Below, one piece after another: positions 10,353 to 18,498 of a stretch of 64,000 nucleotides of DNA. The stretch lies in assembly GCA_964416195.1 (NCBI GenBank), contig CAYQDB010000001.1, positions 26,875 to 90,874 of the forward strand. Reading direction: 5' to 3'. Numbering within the stretch: position 1 is the first letter of the stretch; the number at the start of each line of letters is the position of its first letter. The position numbers were made by a program, and so were the translations under genes. The notes beneath the pieces were generated by a model. The model had not been told where the DNA came from. It saw only the letters and a list, made by a program, of their open reading frames with translations, and made no database searches. The DNA is from an uncultured Ignavibacteriales bacterium. Its GTDB lineage: Bacteria > Zixibacteria > MSB-5A5 > GN15 > FEB-12.

Positions 10353-11864
10353 CTATTTTTCCTGTTCTGGTTCGACTTCAGTTACGCTTGCTCGCAATAC
10401 CGCGATTAATGAATCGGCGGTAGTTTTGTCACCAAGCTCCTTTCGGTATATGGCTGAGGCTTTCAGCAATGCCCTATGGCCGGGTCCGGATTGAGGATAC
10501 TTGTCAAAGAGCTCCAGCAATATCCGGGCTGAGTGGTTCCAGTCCCTTTTTTGCCGGTAAAGGTCCGCTTTGTACGCGAGCGCCTTGGCCTCGGCAACCG
10601 TCCCAGCGCCCAGGGCAGCCACTTCATCGAAGTACTGCTCCGCTTCGGCATACCACCGCGCTGCCTCCCGCTTGCGCCCCTGCTCTTCAAAGAGATCGGC
10701 AATATGCAGGTATGTCGACATAGCTTCATCGGAGCCCCGATAGTTCTCGATCAAATAAGTATACTCTGCTTCAGCCCGAGGCCAGTTGTTCTCAAGCTCG
10801 AAAGAACGTGCTATGCCGTACTGAGCCATCGGAGTGATGGCAAAAAAGCGTGGATAATCCTCTTTTAAGTCAACCAGCATCTTCCTGGCCCGGGAGTACT
10901 TCTCCTGTTCCATTGTAACCATCGCAGCTTTGAAGAGCACCAGAGGCCGGATAAGAGTGTCGGCAACGTCAAGCTCATCAAGTATCTTGTCATATAGCTT
11001 CAGGGCATGCGGCAGGTCTTTGATCTTGGCGCCATAGAGATCGGCGATTCTTATCTGAACAGCCAGACTTGCCGGTGAGCCTGGATTTGACTGCGAGGCT
11101 GAATCCAACACTGCCGACAATTGAGCAAGCTCCTTATCCCATTGCTTAGTGTCATCGTAGAGACGCGCAAGATTGGCGCGAGCGGCAACTGCCAGCTTGG
11201 CGCCGGGGTAACCGGATATCAGGCGGTTGTAGTATTGCTCAGCCTCAGAGAACCTGTCCGCGGCAGCCAGGGAGTCGCCAATCAAATTGACCACCCGGAA
11301 GATATGGGCCGGGAGGTTGAACAAGTCGAGTATCACTTCGCCGGAATCGTCAACAGGCGGATAGAACCTCTCAACAGCGCCATTGTAGACAGCTAAGGCG
11401 CTGTCCCAGGAACCGGACGCCTGCAAAGCCTGACCGAGGTTGACATACGTCGCCACAAGTTGGGGGCTATCCAGTTGAACTGTGTTCAAGAGACGGTTGA
11501 GTATGACAGTGCATGTGCCAAATCGTTGGTGTGTGTAGAACAACTGAGACAGGCGGGTAGAAGACTCAAAGACCAGATGTTGCAACTCCCGGTGTTCGAC
11601 CGGGCTTGCCCGGTTGTCTATTGAATCGAGAGCCTGATAGCAAAACTCCACCACCTGGCCAAACTGGTCAGTAATCGCCTTCAGAGTCTGAGAATCTACC
11701 AGTTCCGGCTTTACCTCAGCGTCCTTGAGATGCTTCTGAGCTGCGTGGAGCGCCTTTTCGGCTTCATACCTCAGACGAATGGCGCTATTGTCGCTGCACG
11801 ACAGCAGAAGGGCAGCCAACAGAAAAGCCATCAGGCAAGTCGAAGTTGTTCTACGGTACCTCAC
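10353..11864 (-). CDS. Tetratricopeptide-repeat lipoprotein
   Basis: Lipobox LLSC; repeated helical TPR-like units (e.g. AQYGIARSFELENNWPRAEAEYTYLIENY). Confidence 0.8.
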   Translation of the reverse strand: MRYRRTTSTCLMAFLLAALLLSCSDNSAIRLRYEAEKALHAAQKHLKDAEVKPELVDSQTLKAITDQFGQVVEFCYQALDSIDNRASPVEHRELQHLVFESSTRLSQLFYTHQRFGTCTVILNRLLNTVQLDSPQLVATYVNLGQALQASGSWDSALAVYNGAVERFYPPVDDSGEVILDLFNLPAHIFRVVNLIGDSLAAADRFSEAEQYYNRLISGYPGAKLAVAARANLARLYDDTKQWDKELAQLSAVLDSASQSNPGSPASLAVQIRIADLYGAKIKDLPHALKLYDKILDELDVADTLIRPLVLFKAAMVTMEQEKYSRARKMLVDLKEDYPRFFAITPMAQYGIARSFELENNWPRAEAEYTYLIENYRGSDEAMSTYLHIADLFEEQGRKREAARWYAEAEQYFDEVAALGAGTVAEAKALAYKADLYRQKRDWNHSARILLELFDKYPQSGPGHRALLKASAIYRKELGDKTTADSLIAVLRASVTEVEPEQEK

Positions 11865-12238
11865 TAGCCATATTATCGGATAATAAGTCCAAACTTATAC
11901 TGACTGACAGGTGGAATATAGAAGTTAGCCCAAAGGCGTTCAAGATAAATCTTATGCAAGTGGCCACGGATTGTAACTCGTTGGACTGCTGGACGTTGGC
12001 CTTTGATGCCCGACATGAAAAATTCACTTGCCCTGCTTCGCTAAGTTGCACTAACACCAAGTCGGGCATTCAGCCGGTTCATGTGGACGGTAGATATCCA
12101 GGGATTGTCTCAAAAGTCTACAGAGTCGTGTAGAGGCATGGGCGCCGCACCTCGCCTTCGGCGGGCGGGCTGTGCGAAGTTAGAAATGTAGGACAAGCCC
12201 TCCTCTGGAGACTGTGCCAAAAGACGGAAACCGCATCC

Positions 12239-12310
12239 CGCGTAGGGCGGGGGCTTGTCTCCCGCCAATAGACGGCGGACGTAAAGCCCGCCGCTACGCG
12301 GAGTTGGAGA
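12239..12310. repeat. GTAG-type REP-like element, copy 1
   Basis: CGCGTAGGGCGGGGGCTTGTCTCCCGCC...CGGCGGACGTAAAGCCCGCCGCTACGCGGAGTT nearly identical to 41090-41173. Confidence 0.85.
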
Positions 12311-12387
12311 CAGTCCCTATGGAATCAATGTGTTCTATACTCACAGAAGTAACGAACTTATGTCACAGCCTCCCTTACGTTTTAACA

Positions 12388-12488
12388 ACGGGAGCGGCAC
12401 AAGGCCGCCCCCTACGCGTTGGTTTTAGTGTGGCGTCAGGTTACTCTGCCTGACGCCTTCTTGTGCTTGGCAGATGTCCACATCTGCC
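12388..12488. repeat. Cluster of REP-like hairpins downstream of the FG-GAP gene
   Basis: ...GGCCGCCCCCTACG; GGCGTCAGG-loop-CCTGACGCC; GGCAGATGTCCACATCTGCC. Confidence 0.7.
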
Positions 12489-12499
12489 CTGTCTGTACG

Positions 12500-14614
12500 C
12501 TACTTCAACAGTATCATCTTCTTAGTATCTACGAATTCACCCGCCTCCAAACGGTACATGTAAACACCACTGGCTGCCTCGCTGCCGTCCCACTGGATAG
12601 TGTGTTCTCCAGCTTCAATCGTACCGTCAACTAAGGTTGCTACTTTCTGGCCCATGATGTTGTAGATTTCCAGTTTCACGTGCGAGGCTGCAGGTAAGGA
12701 GAAACTGATCTCGGTGATCGGGTTGAAGGGGTTGGGGTAGTTGCCAAGCAGAGTAACCGTTGGTGATTCTCCCTTGGAGACAGCAACACCTTCACCTGTC
12801 TTGTGGCTGCCTCGGATCACAACACAATCGATCCCTTCAATGCTTGTGCCGTCGTTAAGCTCTCCGGTAACCGTCAGGGGGATTGTATCCCCGTCGTACA
12901 CTTCACCCAGCGTTTCTACGATCAAGCTCTTATTAAACTTCAGAGTCAGGTCAGGATAGCCGTCGGGGCCAAGTGTATTACACTCACATTCCTCAGCGTC
13001 TTCGCCCACCGGTGTGCTGACGTCTTCGACATTCCAGCGCAGAGCGGGTACTCCTTCTAACATGACTGTCATCGGATCAATGTCTGTGACATTAAAATCT
13101 ACCGTTCCAAGAATTGCTACCGGAAGGACAGCCTTCTTTTTCTTGGGACCGTGAGGCCCTGCCTTCGACGCCACGGGGTTTTCATCGACTTCTCTCAACC
13201 CATGCGTTTTGGGTGCTTTGACGTTGAGGGGATTGGGGCAGGAGCCGGGCTTGATGTCGAGGCTAATCATTACAATTGTGGGTACCATGATATAGACATA
13301 TGCCTTTCCGCATCCGCTGTTGTTCCCTTGTCGTGCTCCGATGATTACATCAGGCAATCCATCATTGTTTACATCCCCGGCACCTGATACAGATATGCCA
13401 AATTCATCGTATTCAGATTCCCCCTCACTCCTAAGTATGCACAACAGAGTACCATCGATGCCGGAATATACGTATGCCCGTCCAGACCAATTATAGGGAT
13501 CATTGTAGCCGTCCGCTCCAACAATTATATCATCATAACCATCACAATTGGCATCTCCCGCGATAGAAACGTCAAGACCAAATTGATCATCAGCGTATTC
13601 GCCCGTGAATATGAGATCTGCATCAGCAGCATTGATTGTAATCGGAAAAGGTTCCGGCCTGCCGTAAAATGCATATGCACGCCCTGCGTAATGTCCGGCT
13701 GTATTATTCCTGTAAGCCCCCACAACAAAATCTACAATGCCATCATTATTAAGATCACCGGCCGATACAGAAAAACCAAAAGCGTCACCTTGAGTTTCGG
13801 CAATCAAATTATATAGTACACTGCCGTCCAAACCTGAATAAACATAGGCCTTAGCTGTTCCATATGGATTCCAAGCTCCAACGAAAAGATCATCATAATC
13901 ATCATTGTTTACATCGCCGGCATCAGAGACTGAGAATCCTAGTCCTCCATCTATAACTGAGCCGGTAAATATCATATCAGCATCTGAAGCGAGAACAGTG
14001 ATGGGAAATGGACCTTCTCCACCATAAAATACATAAGCTCTTCCAGTTCTATTCCCTAAAGCGTCATTGTAGCTGGCTCCGACAATTACATCGGCAAAGC
14101 CGTCATTATTGACATCTCCGGCGCCCGAAATATGATACATGCCGAAACGATCATCTTCTGCTTCGCCTGTAAATGTATATAATAATGATCCGTCAGCGCC
14201 TGAATAGACATAGGCAATACCTGCACCCCAGGACCATATACCAGTCGCTTGCGAAGCTCCAATAATCAGGTCGTCATATCCATCATTATTGACATCCCCG
14301 GCTCCAGAGACTGTCGTACCAAAGAAATCATGATCTGTCGCCCCGGTGAACATGTAAAGTAATGACCCATCCATTCCCGAATAGACATAGGCCCTTCCCG
14401 CGAATAATCCAGCAGCGTCGTTCCCGGGGGCACCGATGATTAAATCGTCAAAACCGTCATCATTGACATCTCCCGCACCTGAAACAGACATACCAAACAC
14501 ATCGTCCAATGCCTCACCAGTGAAGGTATACAATAGTGAACATTGTGGATAAGCGGCTTGCGCGCCAAAAACTAGCAATAATGACAGTACCAACAAATTA
14601 ATTCGCTTTTTCAT
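12500..14614 (-). CDS. Secreted FG-GAP (integrin-alpha-like) repeat protein with C-terminal FlgD-like sorting domain
   Basis: About seven FGxSVSGAGDVNNDGxDDxIIGA repeats, a DIKPGSCPNPLN domain, and NYPNPFNP...DTKKMILLK terminus; signal peptide from ATG 14614. Confidence 0.9.
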   Translation of the reverse strand: MKKRINLLVLSLLLVFGAQAAYPQCSLLYTFTGEALDDVFGMSVSGAGDVNDDGFDDLIIGAPGNDAAGLFAGRAYVYSGMDGSLLYMFTGATDHDFFGTTVSGAGDVNNDGYDDLIIGASQATGIWSWGAGIAYVYSGADGSLLYTFTGEAEDDRFGMYHISGAGDVNNDGFADVIVGASYNDALGNRTGRAYVFYGGEGPFPITVLASDADMIFTGSVIDGGLGFSVSDAGDVNNDDYDDLFVGAWNPYGTAKAYVYSGLDGSVLYNLIAETQGDAFGFSVSAGDLNNDGIVDFVVGAYRNNTAGHYAGRAYAFYGRPEPFPITINAADADLIFTGEYADDQFGLDVSIAGDANCDGYDDIIVGADGYNDPYNWSGRAYVYSGIDGTLLCILRSEGESEYDEFGISVSGAGDVNNDGLPDVIIGARQGNNSGCGKAYVYIMVPTIVMISLDIKPGSCPNPLNVKAPKTHGLREVDENPVASKAGPHGPKKKKAVLPVAILGTVDFNVTDIDPMTVMLEGVPALRWNVEDVSTPVGEDAEECECNTLGPDGYPDLTLKFNKSLIVETLGEVYDGDTIPLTVTGELNDGTSIEGIDCVVIRGSHKTGEGVAVSKGESPTVTLLGNYPNPFNPITEISFSLPAASHVKLEIYNIMGQKVATLVDGTIEAGEHTIQWDGSEAASGVYMYRLEAGEFVDTKKMILLK

Positions 14615-14638
14615 TACGACTTTCCTTTCCAACAAGTT

Positions 14639-14713
14639 TCAACACTTAGTTTGTAGAGAGTCGCCGCAAGAGCCACGACGACTAACATGATCAGGTGCAT
14701 GACAAACTTTCAT
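14639..14713 (-). pseudogene. Frameshifted signal-peptide stub of a lost secreted-protein gene
   Basis: GAGGAGG RBS 7 nt before ATG; a one-base shift after ATGAAA gives FVMHLIMLVVVALAATLY. Confidence 0.45.
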
Positions 14714-15157
14714 ATAAGTTCCTCCTCAAAGTTGTGTGATTGTGCTGAAGAATAAGGCCCACCCTCGCATGCAATTGCAGATCATCGTACTCAAATGTTG
14801 TATTGGGTTCATTGCAATCGGCTTGACGGTTAACTGAATCGCCCATTCCAATAACCCTGCGCACGAATCACTCGTTGTTGTTTATTGCTACTCTATTGTT
14901 GAGAAGATAGTCTTTGCTGTGGTCAGTGTCAAGCGAAAAAGGCTGATTTAATGGGGGATTTGGGAGTTTTGGGGTGGCTTTTGTTGGATTTCTCGTCCGC
15001 CAAAGGCCTCCGTGTCGGCCACCAGGCTGGCGGATGGACGGCTCAGGCTGACGGTCTTTGCCGTCGGTTAAGTACTCATGTAACATACTCTCTATCAAAA
15101 AAACAGCAGAAGCTGTGTTTATAATTCAAACTGACGGTATTGAAAAAAGGAAAGACT

Positions 15158-16429
15158 ATGAGTTGGTTACCAAAGAGCCAAAAGAATGACAGTCCTGATT
15201 GGAGTCGGTACAATGGGCTGGCGGCAGCAGTGAGGTCACCGGGCGCGGGTCGTTTCCAGACTGCCGACAGACTGCACTCAATGCTCAAGCTGTCGGTAAG
15301 TGACATACAATCCGGGCGGTATCGTACTCTTTTGTACCGCTTTTTGACCGATAACATCCCGGTCGTCAACGCCTGTATCTGGACCTGGGGCAGACTGTCG
15401 GCAGCTCCGGGGGCGTTCAAGGTCATCGATTGCACAGATGACAAACTCCGGGAGAAAACAGGTCACCGGCTGGAGCAGCTATCGCAACGCCTGTCTGTAA
15501 ATGCCTCGGGTAATCCCGTGGGTCTGGTAACGTTTCTGACCGAACTGTTTACCAGTCTGTACCGAGACGGCGTTTTTGGTGGTTTTTTGACAGTGTCTAA
15601 AGATGCCTCCGGAGTGGATAGGTTTGTCAGTGTTGACGCCACTGACTTGAGGTGGGAAGATACAGACGGCAGCCCACATCTTATCCTGGATCAAGAGACC
15701 GGTAGCCTCAAGCTGAATCGCAGCGATTTCTATTACATTCCTCTCAACGGCGGTCTCTCTGAGCCTCTGGGGCGGTCAATGCTGAAGGCTGTGCCTTTCG
15801 TATCCTTTATTGAGCAGCAACTGGTTGACGATATGCGGCGTGCCAGTCACAACTCTGGTTTCCACCGCCTTCACGTCAAGATCAAGCCGCCGGAGAGGAC
15901 AGCAGGCGAGTCGGACACCGCTTACATAGACCGCATAAACGGCTACTTCGATTCGACCGTGTCGATGATAAAATCGTGCAATGTCGACGACAACCCGGTC
16001 ACGTGGGACAATGTGGCGATTGAACATATCGGTCCGAGTAGTTCCCGTAGCATCACCAATAGCTGGTTTTTCAATCACCGGGCGATGATTGAAGACATCT
16101 GCTCCGGAACTAACCTGTCGCCATTCCTGCTGGGCTATTCCTACGGTGCTACTACCACCTGGTCAGCCTTCAAATTTGACATCGTCATGCGGCAAGTGAG
16201 GTCGGTCCAGGCGGAAGTGGCTCACTTCCTTGAGTGGATAGGCAACATTGATCTGGCTCTGGCTGGGTATAATGCAAAATGCCAGTTCATGTTTGACAAT
16301 ACGTTTGCCTACCAGGCGGCGGATAAGGCGGCTATCGAATCCAGCCGGGTCGACAATATCCTCAAGCTGTATAATGCCGGGCTGGTGGACGAAGAGGCTG
16401 CCCGCGAAAAAGCCGGGGAACTGATATAG
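15158..16429 (+). CDS. Phage portal protein
   Basis: ~420 aa; YRFLTDNIPVVNACI, PLGRSMLKAVPF and ICSGTNLSPFLLG segments match portal architecture; adjacent to TerL; AAAGGA RBS. Confidence 0.75.
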   Translation: MSWLPKSQKNDSPDWSRYNGLAAAVRSPGAGRFQTADRLHSMLKLSVSDIQSGRYRTLLYRFLTDNIPVVNACIWTWGRLSAAPGAFKVIDCTDDKLREKTGHRLEQLSQRLSVNASGNPVGLVTFLTELFTSLYRDGVFGGFLTVSKDASGVDRFVSVDATDLRWEDTDGSPHLILDQETGSLKLNRSDFYYIPLNGGLSEPLGRSMLKAVPFVSFIEQQLVDDMRRASHNSGFHRLHVKIKPPERTAGESDTAYIDRINGYFDSTVSMIKSCNVDDNPVTWDNVAIEHIGPSSSRSITNSWFFNHRAMIEDICSGTNLSPFLLGYSYGATTTWSAFKFDIVMRQVRSVQAEVAHFLEWIGNIDLALAGYNAKCQFMFDNTFAYQAADKAAIESSRVDNILKLYNAGLVDEEAAREKAGELI

Positions 16430-17763
16430 CCAGCGAGATTGACGCCATCGACTGGCGGCGAGGTTTTTTCGATCCTGGTTACTTTGCGGAGGCTGTCTTA
16501 GGAGTCAACCTTCACGATGGTCAGAAGAAATGGCTTGAGAACTCGCACCACCGGGAAAACATTCTGGTGACCGGCAACCGCTGGGGGAAATCGTTTGTAT
16601 CAGCGGTCAAGATCGTCCATCATGCCTTGTACCGTCCCCGCGAACTGAGGTTTGACGCCAGTGGCAAGTATCGAATAGCCACAGCTTCAATAACCCAGGA
16701 TCAGGCCAACATTGTCTTTAACCAGGTCGTCAGACTGGTTAGGCAGTCACCAGTGGTGGAGCCGCTTCTTACGAACCTTATCAGGACCCCTTATCCGAGA
16801 TTAGAATTTGGCAATGGGGCAACTATTGAGGCGCGCTCCACACAGAACCGGGGGGAGTACCTGCTGGGGCATGACTACGACCTTTTCATATTCGATGAAG
16901 TAGCCTTTGAATCCGATCCGGAATACGTGGTCGAAGAGGTTATCCAGATGCGCTTAGCCGACCGGGAGGGGAGGCTTGACTTAGTGTCGACTCCCAACGG
17001 CAGAAACTGGTTCTACCGGCGAGCCAGAGAAGTTATCGAGGGCAAGCGTGACGGCTACTTTCAGTCAGGTGACAGCCGGGAGAATATGTACATCTCACGG
17101 GATTTCCTCGAAGACAGGTTGAAATACTTTTCAGATAGACGGGTTCAGCAGAACATCATGGGTCAGTTCGTCGATTCCGGAGGAGAGATTCTCAAAGGTG
17201 AGTATGTCGACGCTGCTTTGATGCATTATAATGAAATAGAAGGAACGCTTAGAGGGATTAAAGGAACATCGTTCTTGTCGGGGTGGGATCTGGCTCGAAA
17301 GAGAACGGCTACGGTGGGGCTAACGGTTGAAGTAGCCGATGGTTTGGCGAGGGTTGTCTCTCTGGAACGGTTCAGAATGTTTGACTGGAATGTTGTTATT
17401 GAGAAGATCAAGCAGCGGCAATTGGAATACCCTGGTCAGCTTATTATTGACGCTACCGGTCTGGGAGATGTCGTCGTGGAGCAGCTTAAAGAGTTCAATC
17501 CGACAGCGGTTATTTTCACTCCGGCCACTAAAGCGGAACTGCTCACCAATGTCGAGTTGATGCACGCCAGAAATCAGATTGTCTACGAGCGCTGGGAGTT
17601 GCCGGACGGGCCGGGGAAGATTTGGTCGCTGGAGGATGAACTTCGCCAGGCGCGCTGGGATGACAACAATGAGTGTGATGCTTTAATGGCTTTAGCTCTG
17701 GCCCTGTGGCCGCTGCGTAAAAAGAGCGACTTGTCGCCCGCGCCGAGGGTGGGGAGGGTGTGA
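16426..17763 (+). CDS. Terminase large subunit (ATPase + RNase H-like nuclease)
   Basis: Walker A VTGNRWGKS, Walker B FIFDEVAF, coupling motif VSTPNGRNWF, nuclease GWDLAR / IDATGLG / DECDALMA; conserved N-terminus extends upstream of the ORF-track GTG 16567 to about ATA 16426. Confidence 0.9.
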   Translation: MASEIDAIDWRRGFFDPGYFAEAVLGVNLHDGQKKWLENSHHRENILVTGNRWGKSFVSAVKIVHHALYRPRELRFDASGKYRIATASITQDQANIVFNQVVRLVRQSPVVEPLLTNLIRTPYPRLEFGNGATIEARSTQNRGEYLLGHDYDLFIFDEVAFESDPEYVVEEVIQMRLADREGRLDLVSTPNGRNWFYRRAREVIEGKRDGYFQSGDSRENMYISRDFLEDRLKYFSDRRVQQNIMGQFVDSGGEILKGEYVDAALMHYNEIEGTLRGIKGTSFLSGWDLARKRTATVGLTVEVADGLARVVSLERFRMFDWNVVIEKIKQRQLEYPGQLIIDATGLGDVVVEQLKEFNPTAVIFTPATKAELLTNVELMHARNQIVYERWELPDGPGKIWSLEDELRQARWDDNNECDALMALALALWPLRKKSDLSPAPRVGRV

Positions 17764-17849
17764 GGAAGCTTTGCTCGTCAAAAGCGCCCTTCGAAGCTCA
17801 GGATAGGTAGGGCTTTCGATCTACGAATGTCCTACGGAGCAAATGGAGA

Positions 17850-17885
17850 AACGCCCTTTAAGGGGAGGTAGACTTAAAAGGCGTT
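17850..17885. terminator. Stem-loop between convergent TerL and PEP-CTERM genes
   Basis: AACGCCCTTTAAG-loop-CTTAAAAGGCGTT imperfect inverted repeat. Confidence 0.5.
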
Positions 17886-17917
17886 CCGGGGGTAGAGAGG
17901 ATTGGGAAGAACGTTTT

Positions 17918-18241
17918 TTAAGCTTTCCTACGGCGCACCAAACGGATGACACCCAGCCCGGAAGCTAACAGGATCAAGGTCGACGGCTCTGGAATCTCGG
18001 GTGGAGTTGATGGTTCCTGTGAGTCATAGGCCTGGTAGTCGTCGGGAGACTGGCAAGTATTCTGACTATAGGAGTACCAATCGGGTGAGCTATTATTCAG
18101 GCTACCATTTCCGTTCACGTTGCCGGGTGGAATATTCAACCCGTAGACATCGTCAAAAGTCACTGACAGAACCAGAATAATGATAACAAGTCCAAGCAGC
18201 CACTTGAGCCCGTGTCTCTTGTCTCGCATATATACCGTCAT
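17918..18241 (-). CDS. Small PEP-CTERM sorting-domain protein
   Basis: N-terminal hydrophobic helix, N/S/Q/P-rich middle, C-terminal IPEPSTLILLASGLGVIRLVRRRKA; AAAGGA RBS. Confidence 0.85.
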   Translation of the reverse strand: MTVYMRDKRHGLKWLLGLVIIILVLSVTFDDVYGLNIPPGNVNGNGSLNNSSPDWYSYSQNTCQSPDDYQAYDSQEPSTPPEIPEPSTLILLASGLGVIRLVRRRKA

Positions 18242-18498
18242 AAAAAGTCCTTTCTGCGCTTACGTCATCAATCTATTAGCGCCAATACAGTTTGTAGCAA
18301 TGCCCATGCCCGCATGGAACCACAAGTCCGGACGTGGCGGTAACCTGTTAGCTGAACATAAGTTATCAGAATCATATACACTCAATATAAACCGTATTGG
18401 CACCACAATAATTCGCAAGTTTTTGCGCAAAAAGGGGAGAAACCTGTCGTTGAATGCTTACGCTGTACTTTGTTGTAAAGGAAGCAGTTGGAGGTACG

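Noticed and set aside
12239-12488. CRISPR array
   Set aside because: Repeats are dispersed palindromes, not regularly spaced direct repeats with unique spacers
16400-16429. Programmed -1 frameshift fusing portal and terminase
   Set aside because: No canonical X XXY YYZ slippery heptamer in the portal frame; RBS plus ATA is the simpler explanation, though fusion is not excluded
18397-18420. Sigma-54 promoter (TGGCAC) in the cluster's internal gap
   Set aside because: The -12 TTGC element is not at the required spacing
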